A stretch of DNA of 48,704 nucleotides from an uncultured Desulfobacterales bacterium (GTDB taxonomy: Bacteria > Desulfobacterota > Desulfobacteria > Desulfobacterales > SURF-7), in contig CAZTYY010000002.1 in NCBI GenBank assembly GCA_964617785.1, positions 1-48,704 on the forward strand. The letters are read 5' to 3'. Shown here piece after piece: positions 38,376 through 46,570 of the stretch. The notes beneath the pieces were generated by a model. That model saw only the letters and a program-made list of their open reading frames with translations. It was not told the DNA's origin and ran no database searches. Within the stretch, counting starts at the first letter, position 1. Each line of letters begins with the position of its first letter. A program made the position numbers and the translations under genes.

Positions 38376-40835
38376 ATGGAAGCAACTGTCAGTGAAAGTT
38401 TTACGGAATCGGTCAACCCTGATACAAAGTCTTTACCTAAAGCGACTTCCCGGATAAATAAAATCAGGGCAGACATTCTTGCCACAAAAAATTCCATCTG
38501 TCTTGAACGCCCCCTTCTCATGCAAGAATTCGGAAAATCACCTGAAGGGCGGAGGGCAAAAAAAGAACACCCTCTTGTAAAAAGAGCCCTTGAACTTTCC
38601 CATATTCTGTCCAAAAGATCATCGAAAATTTATGACCAGGAACTGATCATCGGAAACATGACGTCCAAACGTATTGCCGCCAACTATTATCCTGAAGGAG
38701 GATCCATAAATATCCTTGAGGATATCTTCAGGCTTGAAAAAAGAAGAATCCCTATTGTGCTAAGCGCACGGGAAAAAAGACAGCTTGTGGGCATAGGTCT
38801 TTCCACCTTAATGAGCAGCATTGGAGGCAAAGCCCTGTTAAAACCCGGCAGATTTTCCCATTTCCTGGATTTCTTCCGTGCAAAACGTTATTTTATTACA
38901 GAAGAAGCCGGCATAGGGCACCAGGTTGGAGGATACAGACAGGTCGTTCACAAGGGATTAAAAGAGGCGGATATTGCTGCAGGCCGCTGCCTGGATAACG
39001 GCACTCTGGATAACGGCTCCAGCCTTACAAAAGACCAGATCGCCTTTTTTAAGTCTGTCAGAATTGTAATCAAAGGTATCAGGCAGATGACTGCGAATCT
39101 GGCAGAGAAAGCCGAACAGATTGCAAACCAATCCGGCATCACAGCTGAGCGGCGGGATGAACTCATAAAGTCGTCGGAAGCCTGCCGCCATGTTCCCTAT
39201 GAACCGGCACGTTCATTTATTGAGGGCCTTCAGGCCTGCTGGCTTGTCCATGTGGCCATGAATCTTGAGGATTTTGAACAGGGAATGTCCTTTGGTAGAC
39301 TTGATCAGATCCTTTTTCCGCTTTACATAAAAGATATTGAGTCCGAAGCCCTGACATATGATCAGGCAGTTGAAATCATGGCAAGCTTTCAGTTAAAAAC
39401 CTGTGAAACAATTCCCATATACTCTGAAAGGATAGACCATTATTTCAGCGGAGGCGGTGTAGCCCAGGGTATTACTACCGGCGGGACCGACGATGAGGGA
39501 GCAGATGTAACAAATCAGCTTTCAGGCCTGATTCTTGATGCGTATGCGTGTATTCGGACACGTGAACCAGCACTTCATGTCAGGGTTCATTCTGAAACAC
39601 CCGCCTGGTTTCTTAAAAAATCTGCTGCTGTGGTTCAGCTGGGTTGCGGTAAGCCGTCCTTTTTTGGAGATGAACAGGTGGTGCACGCCCTCGAAGGCAT
39701 CGGCATGAGTAAAGCTCATGCACGTGATTATGCCGTCATCGGATGCGTTGAAATGGCAAGCCAGGGTCGGACGTACAACTCATCCGATGCGGCTCTGTTC
39801 AATCTTCCCATATGCCTTGAACTCGCACTCAACCAGGGGCGCAGCTTCATGGGATGGAATCTTCCCGGGTTTCGTATGGGGGCGTCGACTCCACCTGTTT
39901 CACACATGCACACCTTCGACGATGTGCTTTCCGCCTTCAATGTCCAGGTGAAAAATTCAATGGATGAAATAGTGAAAGTGATAACATGGCTGGAAAAGAC
40001 ATACCGGATATGGCGCCCTACCCCAATCAACTCCATTGTTACAAAGGGTTGCCTGGAAAGCGGGCGGGATGTAACATGGGGCGGCGGTTTTTACGACATG
40101 ACATCGATTCAGGCAGCAGGGCTTGCTGACACCGGAGATTCTTTCTATGCATTAAAAAAGCTTGTTTTTGACGAAAAACGGTTTTCATTGAAAGAATTTG
40201 TCAGCATACTTAAGGATGATTTTAAAGGACATGATGCACTGCGCCGGGAAATTTCCACAAAGTTCCTAAGGTATGGGAATGGTGATAAAAATGCGGACAG
40301 CATGACACAGCTGGCAGCAGACATCTATTCCGATGCGGTAAAGTCCTATAAAAACAGCAGAGGAGGACAATACGTTCCCGGGATTTACTCCATGACCTGC
40401 CATATCGGTTTTGGACGATATACAGGCGCATTGCCGGATGGACGCCGACAAGGCGCACGTCTTTCAAACGGGTTGTCACCCATTGACGGTTCAGACCGCA
40501 ACGGACCGACAGCTCTTCTCCGCTCTGCTGCTTCTCTTGACAGCAGCAAATGGGCAAACTGTTGTGCGCTGAATATCAAGTTCGACAAAAAAGCAGTTCA
40601 GGGAAAAGCAGGTTTAAACGCGCTTCACAGCCTGTTTAAAACATATTTTGAACAGGGCGGAATGCAGGTTCAGGCGAACGTGCTGGATTCAGAGATGCTC
40701 ATGGAAGCAAAGCGCGACCCCTCCCTCTGGCCTGGGCTTGTTGTTAGAGTAGCCGGATACTGCGCCTATTTCAATGATCTTCAGCCGGAAGTTCAGGATG
40801 AGATTATTGAAAGGACGGTCTGTGGAATCGGATAA
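38376..40835 (+). CDS. Glycyl-radical enzyme, PFL2/glycerol-dehydratase-like family (Cys-x-Glu active site), substrate unknown
   Basis: 819 aa. C-terminal glycyl radical motif VVRVAGYCAYFNDL (Gly794, nt 40755-40757). Thiyl loop VIGCVEMASQG (Cys457, Glu459, nt 39744-39752). TTGGTDDEGADVTNQLS and LPDGRR...GLSPIDGSDRNGPTALL blocks typical of the family. Confidence 0.95.
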   Translation: MEATVSESFTESVNPDTKSLPKATSRINKIRADILATKNSICLERPLLMQEFGKSPEGRRAKKEHPLVKRALELSHILSKRSSKIYDQELIIGNMTSKRIAANYYPEGGSINILEDIFRLEKRRIPIVLSAREKRQLVGIGLSTLMSSIGGKALLKPGRFSHFLDFFRAKRYFITEEAGIGHQVGGYRQVVHKGLKEADIAAGRCLDNGTLDNGSSLTKDQIAFFKSVRIVIKGIRQMTANLAEKAEQIANQSGITAERRDELIKSSEACRHVPYEPARSFIEGLQACWLVHVAMNLEDFEQGMSFGRLDQILFPLYIKDIESEALTYDQAVEIMASFQLKTCETIPIYSERIDHYFSGGGVAQGITTGGTDDEGADVTNQLSGLILDAYACIRTREPALHVRVHSETPAWFLKKSAAVVQLGCGKPSFFGDEQVVHALEGIGMSKAHARDYAVIGCVEMASQGRTYNSSDAALFNLPICLELALNQGRSFMGWNLPGFRMGASTPPVSHMHTFDDVLSAFNVQVKNSMDEIVKVITWLEKTYRIWRPTPINSIVTKGCLESGRDVTWGGGFYDMTSIQAAGLADTGDSFYALKKLVFDEKRFSLKEFVSILKDDFKGHDALRREISTKFLRYGNGDKNADSMTQLAADIYSDAVKSYKNSRGGQYVPGIYSMTCHIGFGRYTGALPDGRRQGARLSNGLSPIDGSDRNGPTALLRSAASLDSSKWANCCALNIKFDKKAVQGKAGLNALHSLFKTYFEQGGMQVQANVLDSEMLMEAKRDPSLWPGLVVRVAGYCAYFNDLQPEVQDEIIERTVCGIG

Positions 40836-41820
40836 TGTCGAAATAAAGGAAACATCGGTTTTTTCAATCCAGCACTTCTGTCTTCAGGACGGCCCCGGTA
40901 TCAGAAGCATTGTTTTTTTCAAAGGGTGCCCACTGCGTTGCGCCTGGTGCCAGAATCCCGAATCATGGAATAAAAAACCGGAACTGGCCTTTAAAGCACA
41001 TTTATGTATAGGTTGTGAAACATGTTTAGATGCCTGCCCTCAAAACGCGGTTCTGTCTCCTGGGAATCGTGATAGGAACTTGTGCCGCCTTTGCTTCACC
41101 TGCGTGGACAAATGTCCTTCATCAGCGTTGACCCGCTTTGGCGTTTATCGTTCTGTTGATGACATAGTGAAAGAGCTCAGGTCTGAATATGCTTTTTACA
41201 AAAATTCAAGAGGAGGTGTCACCTTTTCAGGGGGAGAACCAACCCTTTTTCCGGATTTCGCAACCAGACTTGCACTGGCCCTGAGAAAAGACGGCATTCA
41301 TGTGGCAATTGAGACTTGCGGCATGTTTCAATCACATGGAATGAAAGATGTAACGGACCCACCGGATCCAACTGGTCCAACAGGCGCACCACAGGACAAA
41401 GTATGGGATTTTCTTTCATTGATTGACCTTATCATTTTTGATGTTAAATTGTTCGATAATGAAGTACACAAACAATATTGCGACACTGGAAATGCCTCAA
41501 TAAAATATAACCTGAAGCGCCTTTCAGAACTCAAACAAAGCGGACAGGGCCCTGATGTCCGGCTACGTATGCCGGTTATCCCGGGGATTACGGATACGGC
41601 CGACAACCTTTCCGGCTGGGCCGGTTTTCTTGCCGAAAACAACTTTTCAGCCATTACACTGGTGCCGTACCATAATATGGGTGAATCAAAGCGGTCATGG
41701 ATAGGTCTTGCGCCGGGCCCTGACCTCCCCTCTTTGACAGATACGGCCATGAATGCTGTCCGGGAGTTTTTTGCTGCCAGAAGCTTCGCCTGTTATAATC
41801 CTGGAGAAGAACAAACGTAA
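40822..41820 (+). CDS. Glycyl-radical-enzyme activating enzyme (radical SAM, with two auxiliary ferredoxin-like clusters)
   Basis: DGPGIRSIVFFKGCPLRCAWCQNPES (CX3CX2C), CIGCETCLDACP and CRLCFTCVDKCP, GGVTFSGGEPTL. Start proposed at GTG 40822 (GAAAGGA RBS, 14-nt overlap with the GRE); the track ORF starts at ATG 40774 deep inside the GRE. Confidence 0.9.
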   Translation: MESDNVEIKETSVFSIQHFCLQDGPGIRSIVFFKGCPLRCAWCQNPESWNKKPELAFKAHLCIGCETCLDACPQNAVLSPGNRDRNLCRLCFTCVDKCPSSALTRFGVYRSVDDIVKELRSEYAFYKNSRGGVTFSGGEPTLFPDFATRLALALRKDGIHVAIETCGMFQSHGMKDVTDPPDPTGPTGAPQDKVWDFLSLIDLIIFDVKLFDNEVHKQYCDTGNASIKYNLKRLSELKQSGQGPDVRLRMPVIPGITDTADNLSGWAGFLAENNFSAITLVPYHNMGESKRSWIGLAPGPDLPSLTDTAMNAVREFFAARSFACYNPGEEQT

Positions 41821-41830
41821 AGAGTAAAGC

Positions 41831-42535
41831 CTATTTCTTGCGAATAAATTTCATCCTGACCGATCCGATTTGAATTGTGTCAAATTCTTCAAGCTTGACA
41901 GGTTCATTCTTTACCGGCACATTGTTGACCTTTGGTTTTATGACACCCTCAACACGACTGATGTAATAATCGGCATCCCTTTTACTGATCATTGCCGCAT
42001 AGTTACCCACAAGAAAACCGCTGACCACAATATCAAAAGAAGGATTTTTACCGATCTTGGTAATTTTTTTGTTCAGTACGATATCCTCTCCACCGCCTGA
42101 TATAAAAGACAAAACCCCAAGCATACCGTCATCTTCTGCGTAATCTTCCTGTCCGGATGCCATACCTGTCATCATCGCACGATGCCTTTCCGTGTCCATC
42201 ATCATGGTTTTATCTATATCACCCGGATCAGGCCTTTTTTCCCCTTCAATGTATTCAAAAACAAGCGAGTGTTTTCCTATGTTGATAACATCTCCATGGC
42301 TTAAATAATGGGACAACACAAGCTGTTCATTTACAAAAGAACCGTTTTTGCTCTTAAGGTCTGTAAACAGGTGTCCATTTCCCACTGAATCAATTTTAGC
42401 GTGATGGCCGGAAACAGCCAGGTTTTCAATAACAATATCGTTTGTATTTCTTCTACCGATGTCAAGAGAGCTGTTTTTTCCAAGATTATATTCTTCAACA
42501 ACATTTTCATTGAATTTCAGTATGATTTTCGGCAT
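41831..42535 (-). CDS. FHA-domain protein (canonical N-terminal FHA plus divergent C-terminal FHA-like domain)
   Basis: 234 aa. N-terminal LDIGRRNTNDIVIENLAVSGHHAKI...DLKSKNGSFVNEQ...GDVINIG. The C-terminal half has an FHA-like fold pattern (KIGKNPSFDIVV...IQIGSVRMKF) but lacks the conserved Ser/His. Confidence 0.8.
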   Translation of the reverse strand: MPKIILKFNENVVEEYNLGKNSSLDIGRRNTNDIVIENLAVSGHHAKIDSVGNGHLFTDLKSKNGSFVNEQLVLSHYLSHGDVINIGKHSLVFEYIEGEKRPDPGDIDKTMMMDTERHRAMMTGMASGQEDYAEDDGMLGVLSFISGGGEDIVLNKKITKIGKNPSFDIVVSGFLVGNYAAMISKRDADYYISRVEGVIKPKVNNVPVKNEPVKLEEFDTIQIGSVRMKFIRKK

Positions 42536-42574
42536 CTTTTTCTCCTTTTAAGGAATTGTTCAAATTTATAGTTT

Positions 42575-43414
42575 TTATCCTTTATTTTTAAAAATATAAT
42601 CCCTGATAAATTCAATTATCCAGAATAGGCTTTTTCTCGCTGATGCTACTTTTGCGACAATAACAGTGATATTGTCCTCTCCTCCCCGTTCATTTGCAAG
42701 ATGAATGAACTGCCTGCATGCACCTTCAGGAACATTTTTTTTAGCCACGTCCCTGATCTCCTCCAAAGACAATTTATCACTTAACCCGTCTGAACAGATG
42801 ATAAATATATCATCTGTTAAAAACTGCATTTCAGTAATATCCGGTTTGACTCTACCCGGAACACCCATGGCACGTGTCAGAACATGCTTGAAATCAGGTC
42901 GCAGTTTATCTTTTCCGTCAGGATTAAGGGCCTCATGTTCCGCAAGCACTGTATGAATTTTGGAAATAAGCTCAATCGTTTCATTGCGAACCAGGTAGAC
43001 CGGACTGTCGCCAACATTTATTACAATACATGTATATTCAGTGAAGTAGAGTGCAGATGCTGTTGAACCCATGCCTTTTAAATCTTTATTGCCTGACGCG
43101 GCTTGATGAACGGTTCTGCTGGCCAGGTTTATTCCGGAAAGAATTCGGTTTGCCTCAGGCGAAAGTGTTTCATCAATTTCTTCTTTATCTTTATTATATT
43201 TTTTTTTGGTTTCATCGTCTTTTTTATTGGCTGTTCTCAGATAATCGTAAACCGTCTCAACAACCATCTTGCTTGCGACTTCTCCTGCCTTGTGTCCACC
43301 CATGCCATCGGCAACAATATAAAAGCCAAGAGAATCGTCAATTAAAAATTCGTCTTCATTATTATCTCTTCTTTGGCCGACATCGGTAAGGCCTGCGGAT
43401 TCAATCGAAAACAT
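42575..43414 (-). CDS. PP2C-family Ser/Thr protein phosphatase
   Basis: 279 aa. LTDVGQRRDNNEDEF, VADGMGGHKAGEVAS, ICSDGLSD, GGEDNITVIV. Confidence 0.9.
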   Translation of the reverse strand: MFSIESAGLTDVGQRRDNNEDEFLIDDSLGFYIVADGMGGHKAGEVASKMVVETVYDYLRTANKKDDETKKKYNKDKEEIDETLSPEANRILSGINLASRTVHQAASGNKDLKGMGSTASALYFTEYTCIVINVGDSPVYLVRNETIELISKIHTVLAEHEALNPDGKDKLRPDFKHVLTRAMGVPGRVKPDITEMQFLTDDIFIICSDGLSDKLSLEEIRDVAKKNVPEGACRQFIHLANERGGEDNITVIVAKVASARKSLFWIIEFIRDYIFKNKG

Positions 43415-43504
43415 ATAGGATGCCTGGTTTTTTTCATTTCAATTTTTGAGATAGCTTCTAATGCCTGAAATGCTGGAAATGGAAAATTTAGAAGAAAAAT
43501 AGCA

Positions 43505-43702
43505 TCAAGGCATAACCTCTTTTGCTCTTTTTTTTAATAGGTCGGCGGCTTTTTCAGCGTCCTTTGCCGCATCCTTTGCCATATCAATCATTTCAATCTT
43601 GCCTACCTCGTTTCCACCCGATTTAGATTCCATATCTTTCATTACCAGAAAGGCAACAATCAGCATGGCAATCAGTATGACAACAAAAAACACTCCGCGC
43701 AT
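43505..43702 (-). CDS. Small single-pass membrane protein with a Lys/Ala/Asp-rich tail (function unknown)
   Basis: 65-aa ORF. Strong RBS GAGGAGGA 8 nt before the ATG. N-terminal TM helix VFFVVILIAMLIVAFLV. No family recognised. Confidence 0.5.
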   Translation of the reverse strand: MRGVFFVVILIAMLIVAFLVMKDMESKSGGNEVGKIEMIDMAKDAAKDAEKAADLLKKRAKEVMP

Positions 43703-43710
43703 GGAGATAA

Positions 43711-43760
43711 TCCTCCTCAGTGATCCTTAGTTATCCTTAGTTATCCTCAGTTATCCTTAC
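43711..43760 (-). repeat. Five 10-nt-periodic GGA-containing repeats in the leader of the small ORF
   Basis: Minus strand reads GTAAGGATAA CTGAGGATAA CTAAGGATAA CTAAGGATCA CTGAGGAGGA ttatctccATG. Confidence 0.85.
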
Positions 43761-43808
43761 CCCTCTCAATCTTTTTGAGAAGTTACGAAAAATTGTCCTA
43801 AACTCTTA

Positions 43809-44276
43809 TTATTCTTTGGGGTGACACTCTTTACATCCAACCGGGCCGGTTTCAGGCAGCTCTTTCGGCTCGTCGTAAGACATCACTATATCTGTTTTTT
43901 TGGTCTTTAATTCAACATGGCAGGTTCTGCAGTTGTTGTGATAGGCATATTTATAATACTTCATTGATTCATCTGTATATTTACCTTTTCTTAAAGGCTT
44001 TTTTGAATAGGTTGTCAGATCATGACATCCGGAAGTCATACAGCCCTTGATCTCCCCTTTATTGTCCCACTTGTGGTGGCATTTTTTACAATTGTAGTTA
44101 AAATGGAGTGAATGAGGGAATTCAACGGAAGCCCTCTCCTGTTTAACATCGGCAGGAGGTTCCAGCAACAGCGTACCCGTGGGGATACACATCTCTTCTT
44201 CACCTGCGGTCACACCGTTAACAACAAAAACAGCTATGATCATCATACTTAACATCGCTATATTCACTCTGCGCAT
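43809..44276 (-). CDS. Tetraheme cytochrome c3-family protein (periplasmic)
   Basis: Four heme sites: CKKCH, CMTSGCH (CX4CH), CRTCH, CKECH, plus extra His ligands. Signal peptide MRRVNIAMLSMMIIAVFVVNGVTA. Start set at the ATG preceded by AAGGGGGA; the track ORF extends to 44411. Confidence 0.85.
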   Translation of the reverse strand: MRRVNIAMLSMMIIAVFVVNGVTAGEEEMCIPTGTLLLEPPADVKQERASVEFPHSLHFNYNCKKCHHKWDNKGEIKGCMTSGCHDLTTYSKKPLRKGKYTDESMKYYKYAYHNNCRTCHVELKTKKTDIVMSYDEPKELPETGPVGCKECHPKE

Positions 44277-44352
44277 TTCGATCCCCCTTAATCGATTTTT
44301 TATCAGATATTTCTTAAAAAAAGGATACATATCCCTTTTTGTAAAACTTTTC

Positions 44353-44407
44353 AACCATTTTCTGAACCATTTTTGAACCATTATCAGAGCCATTATCAGA
44401 ATAATGG
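44353..44407. repeat. Four (A/G)(A/C)CCATT units at 11-12-bp spacing plus a 7-bp hairpin, upstream of the cytochrome c3 gene
   Basis: tcAACCATTTTCTGAACCATTTTTGAACCATTATCAGAGCCATTATCAGAATAATGG. CCATTAT / ATAATGG is an inverted repeat with loop CAGA. Confidence 0.6.
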
Positions 44408-44638
44408 GCACAACAACAAAGGGCTAACGCGAGGTACGCCTCTGCAATATGTCAGGTTTAATATATAAAAATTTACTGAAATTACTTTTTTATATCGCAA
44501 TTTTTAATATTTTCTGATATAGTAAGACAATATTTCAAAGCACACATTCCAAAATATATATAATCCGTATAAGGATCTTTTCAAAATTCGGACTATTTAT
44601 GACACTGTTGGCAAATAGTTTAATTTCATAAATTCTAT

Positions 44639-44677
44639 ATTACGCCGAATATCGTTAGATTACGCCGAATATCGTTA
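44639..44677. repeat. Perfect 19-bp direct repeat (20-bp period) upstream of the SH3-domain gene
   Basis: ATTACGCCGAATATCGTTA g ATTACGCCGAATATCGTTA, ending about 30 nt before the ATG at 44708. Confidence 0.85.
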
Positions 44678-44707
44678 ATTTTAAAAGTTTCAATGGGAGA
44701 AAAATTT

Positions 44708-45370
44708 ATGATATTACGACTTTTTTTAATTCTGCTGTTTGAAATTTGTTTTTTTACAAAGGTTTCTATGGCTTCGAAAGCATATGTTACTGATTCATTC
44801 AGAATAAGTCTGCGACGCGGGCCAAGTATCGAAAATAAGATACTTGAATTTCTTCCTTCAGGGATGCTGGTCGATATTCTTGAAGAAAATGAAGGATGGA
44901 GCCGTGTCAATATTCTTGAACAGGGATACGGAAATTTTCAAGGGTGGGTGTTAAGCCGTTATCTCATAAACAGGTTGCCATGGGAAGATCAGACTGCACT
45001 CCTTAAAAAAGAGAATGCTCAAATAAAGATAAATCTGGATGCTTGCAAAATTAATCTTGAGGAGACAATGGACAAAGAACATAACCTGTCGCAATTACAG
45101 ATTAAATTTATTAAAACAATTGATACTCTCCAGAAAGACTATAAAACTCTAAAAAAAGAATCGGCTGATTATTTAAAGTTTAAAGCTGAATATGAATTAA
45201 GTAAGGAACAAGTTAATAAGCTAAAAAAAGAAAATGACAGACTAAAGGCTTCAGACAGAAAAATTTTTTTTGGTATGGGCGCCTTAGTTCTTTTGTCAGG
45301 CCTTGCTATCGGTATCATAATCGGAAAAAAAAATCGAAACAGAAACTCATTATCTCATAGAATTTTATAA
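44708..45370 (+). CDS. SH3-domain / coiled-coil / C-terminal TM protein (YgiM/TIGR04211-like)
   Basis: Signal peptide MILRLFLILLFEICFFTKVSMA. Bacterial SH3 block YVTDSFRISLRRGPS...GWSRV...GWVLSRYL, a long coiled coil, and a C-terminal TM FFGMGALVLLSGLAIGIIIG. GGGAGA RBS before 44708; the track ORF starts at 44693. Confidence 0.75.
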   Translation: MILRLFLILLFEICFFTKVSMASKAYVTDSFRISLRRGPSIENKILEFLPSGMLVDILEENEGWSRVNILEQGYGNFQGWVLSRYLINRLPWEDQTALLKKENAQIKINLDACKINLEETMDKEHNLSQLQIKFIKTIDTLQKDYKTLKKESADYLKFKAEYELSKEQVNKLKKENDRLKASDRKIFFGMGALVLLSGLAIGIIIGKKNRNRNSLSHRIL

Positions 45371-45384
45371 AAGATGTATTCGGA

Positions 45385-45840
45385 TCAACCTCTTATTCCG
45401 CACATGAAATCAGATAAAAAAATCTCTGTTAAAGACTCACCATTCCTGTATCTAAAATAATCGTTAATAATTCTTGCGTGATCAAAGGCAAGAGGTTCGG
45501 GAAGATTGTCTTTTGTAAACACGCCGGTATTTTTTGCGTCATCAGCAGCTTTTGGCACGCCTTCTGCCGAGGCAATGAAAACAGTCGATACGGTATGGAA
45601 GCGGTCATCCCTTGTTGGATCAGAATAAGAATGGAATTGTTCTTCAAGTTTCACATCAAGTGTTATCTCCTCTTTTGCTTCCCTGACAGCCGACGTTTCA
45701 AGTGACTCTCCGTAATCGACAAATCCGCCGGGAAGCGCCCATCCGTATGGAGGGTTTTTACGTTCAATTAAAACAATACCTTCTTTTAACTCGACAATGA
45801 TATCGACCGTCGGTAAAGGGTTTCTACGTTCTTTATTCAT
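45385..45840 (-). CDS. NUDIX hydrolase
   Basis: Nudix box [24 protein letters not shown]. Start set at the ATG that overlaps the upstream TPR gene stop by 8 nt (ATGAATAA); the track ORF extends to 45924. Confidence 0.85.
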   Translation of the reverse strand: MNKERRNPLPTVDIIVELKEGIVLIERKNPPYGWALPGGFVDYGESLETSAVREAKEEITLDVKLEEQFHSYSDPTRDDRFHTVSTVFIASAEGVPKAADDAKNTGVFTKDNLPEPLAFDHARIINDYFRYRNGESLTEIFLSDFMCGIRG

Positions 45841-46555
45841 TCGCCCTCTTCTTTTTAGGCTCTTGACAATAGCCTTTCTGTTTCGCAAGTTCAAAATTAC
45901 GGCAACCGCCCAGTTCGCAGGCACGCTGAAGATCAGGGCAACCCATTCTCCTGTCCTGCAACTTCACTATGTATACGAAGCCTCTATTGTTGTAAGCATC
46001 GGCTTCTTCAGGTCGTAGTTGGATAGCTCTGGTATAGTCCTGAATGGCCAGTCCATAATCCTCTTTTTCACTATAAATATTCCCACGACTGTTGTAAGCG
46101 CTAACATAATTCGGGTTTATATCAATTGCTTTGCTGTAATCTTTAATAGCATAGTCATAATGTTTTTTTTTGCTGTAAGCATATCCGCGGCTATTGTAGA
46201 TTTTAGCACACTTCATATTAATAAAGATGGCTAAGGTGAACTCGGTAATGGCATCATCTATCATATTTTTATTGATGAAGTCGGTTCCCCTGAAAAAGTG
46301 AATGGCTGTATCACTTTTAATTTTTTTTTCAACAACATCTTCAATAATTGAGAGACAATTTTTTGCAGCTGAAACTAACCGAGGATTTTTCGCGGCTTTT
46401 TCGAATGCCTCTTCCGCCTTTATAAACTTTCCACTGATAGCATATTCAACACCTTTATAATAACTATCCTGGGCTGCATTAGGGTCGGAAGACGCAGTAA
46501 CTGATATCTGTAATACAATTAAAAGTGATAATCCTAATCGTGTTAAAATTTTCAT
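45833..46555 (-). CDS. Secreted TPR-repeat protein with a Cys-rich C-terminal tail
   Basis: 240 aa. Signal peptide [24 protein letters not shown] units with the same AYNSRG motif as the 30248-31627 product. C-terminal [26 protein letters not shown]. Confidence 0.75.
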   Translation of the reverse strand: MKILTRLGLSLLIVLQISVTASSDPNAAQDSYYKGVEYAISGKFIKAEEAFEKAAKNPRLVSAAKNCLSIIEDVVEKKIKSDTAIHFFRGTDFINKNMIDDAITEFTLAIFINMKCAKIYNSRGYAYSKKKHYDYAIKDYSKAIDINPNYVSAYNSRGNIYSEKEDYGLAIQDYTRAIQLRPEEADAYNNRGFVYIVKLQDRRMGCPDLQRACELGGCRNFELAKQKGYCQEPKKKRANE

Positions 46556-46570
46556 AGCAATTAATTTATT

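Noticed and set aside
40774-40821. Activase start at ATG 40774 (62 nt inside the GRE gene)
   Set aside because: The conserved activase N-terminus begins near SVFSIQHF. GTG 40822 has a GAAAGGA RBS and gives a typical short overlap. The upstream ATG cannot be excluded without experimental data.
43711-43760. Possible CRISPR or other array because of regular short repeats
   Set aside because: The units are only 10 nt, contiguous and without spacers, and there are no cas genes. Interpreted as a tandem repeat in an mRNA leader instead.
43809-44411. Full 200-aa version of the cytochrome c3 ORF
   Set aside because: The first 45 codons encode a Lys/Phe-rich non-signal sequence made of DNA repeats. 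A strong RBS (AAGGGGGA) and a canonical signal peptide begin at the internal Met (44276). The N-terminal extension is treated as 5' regulatory DNA.
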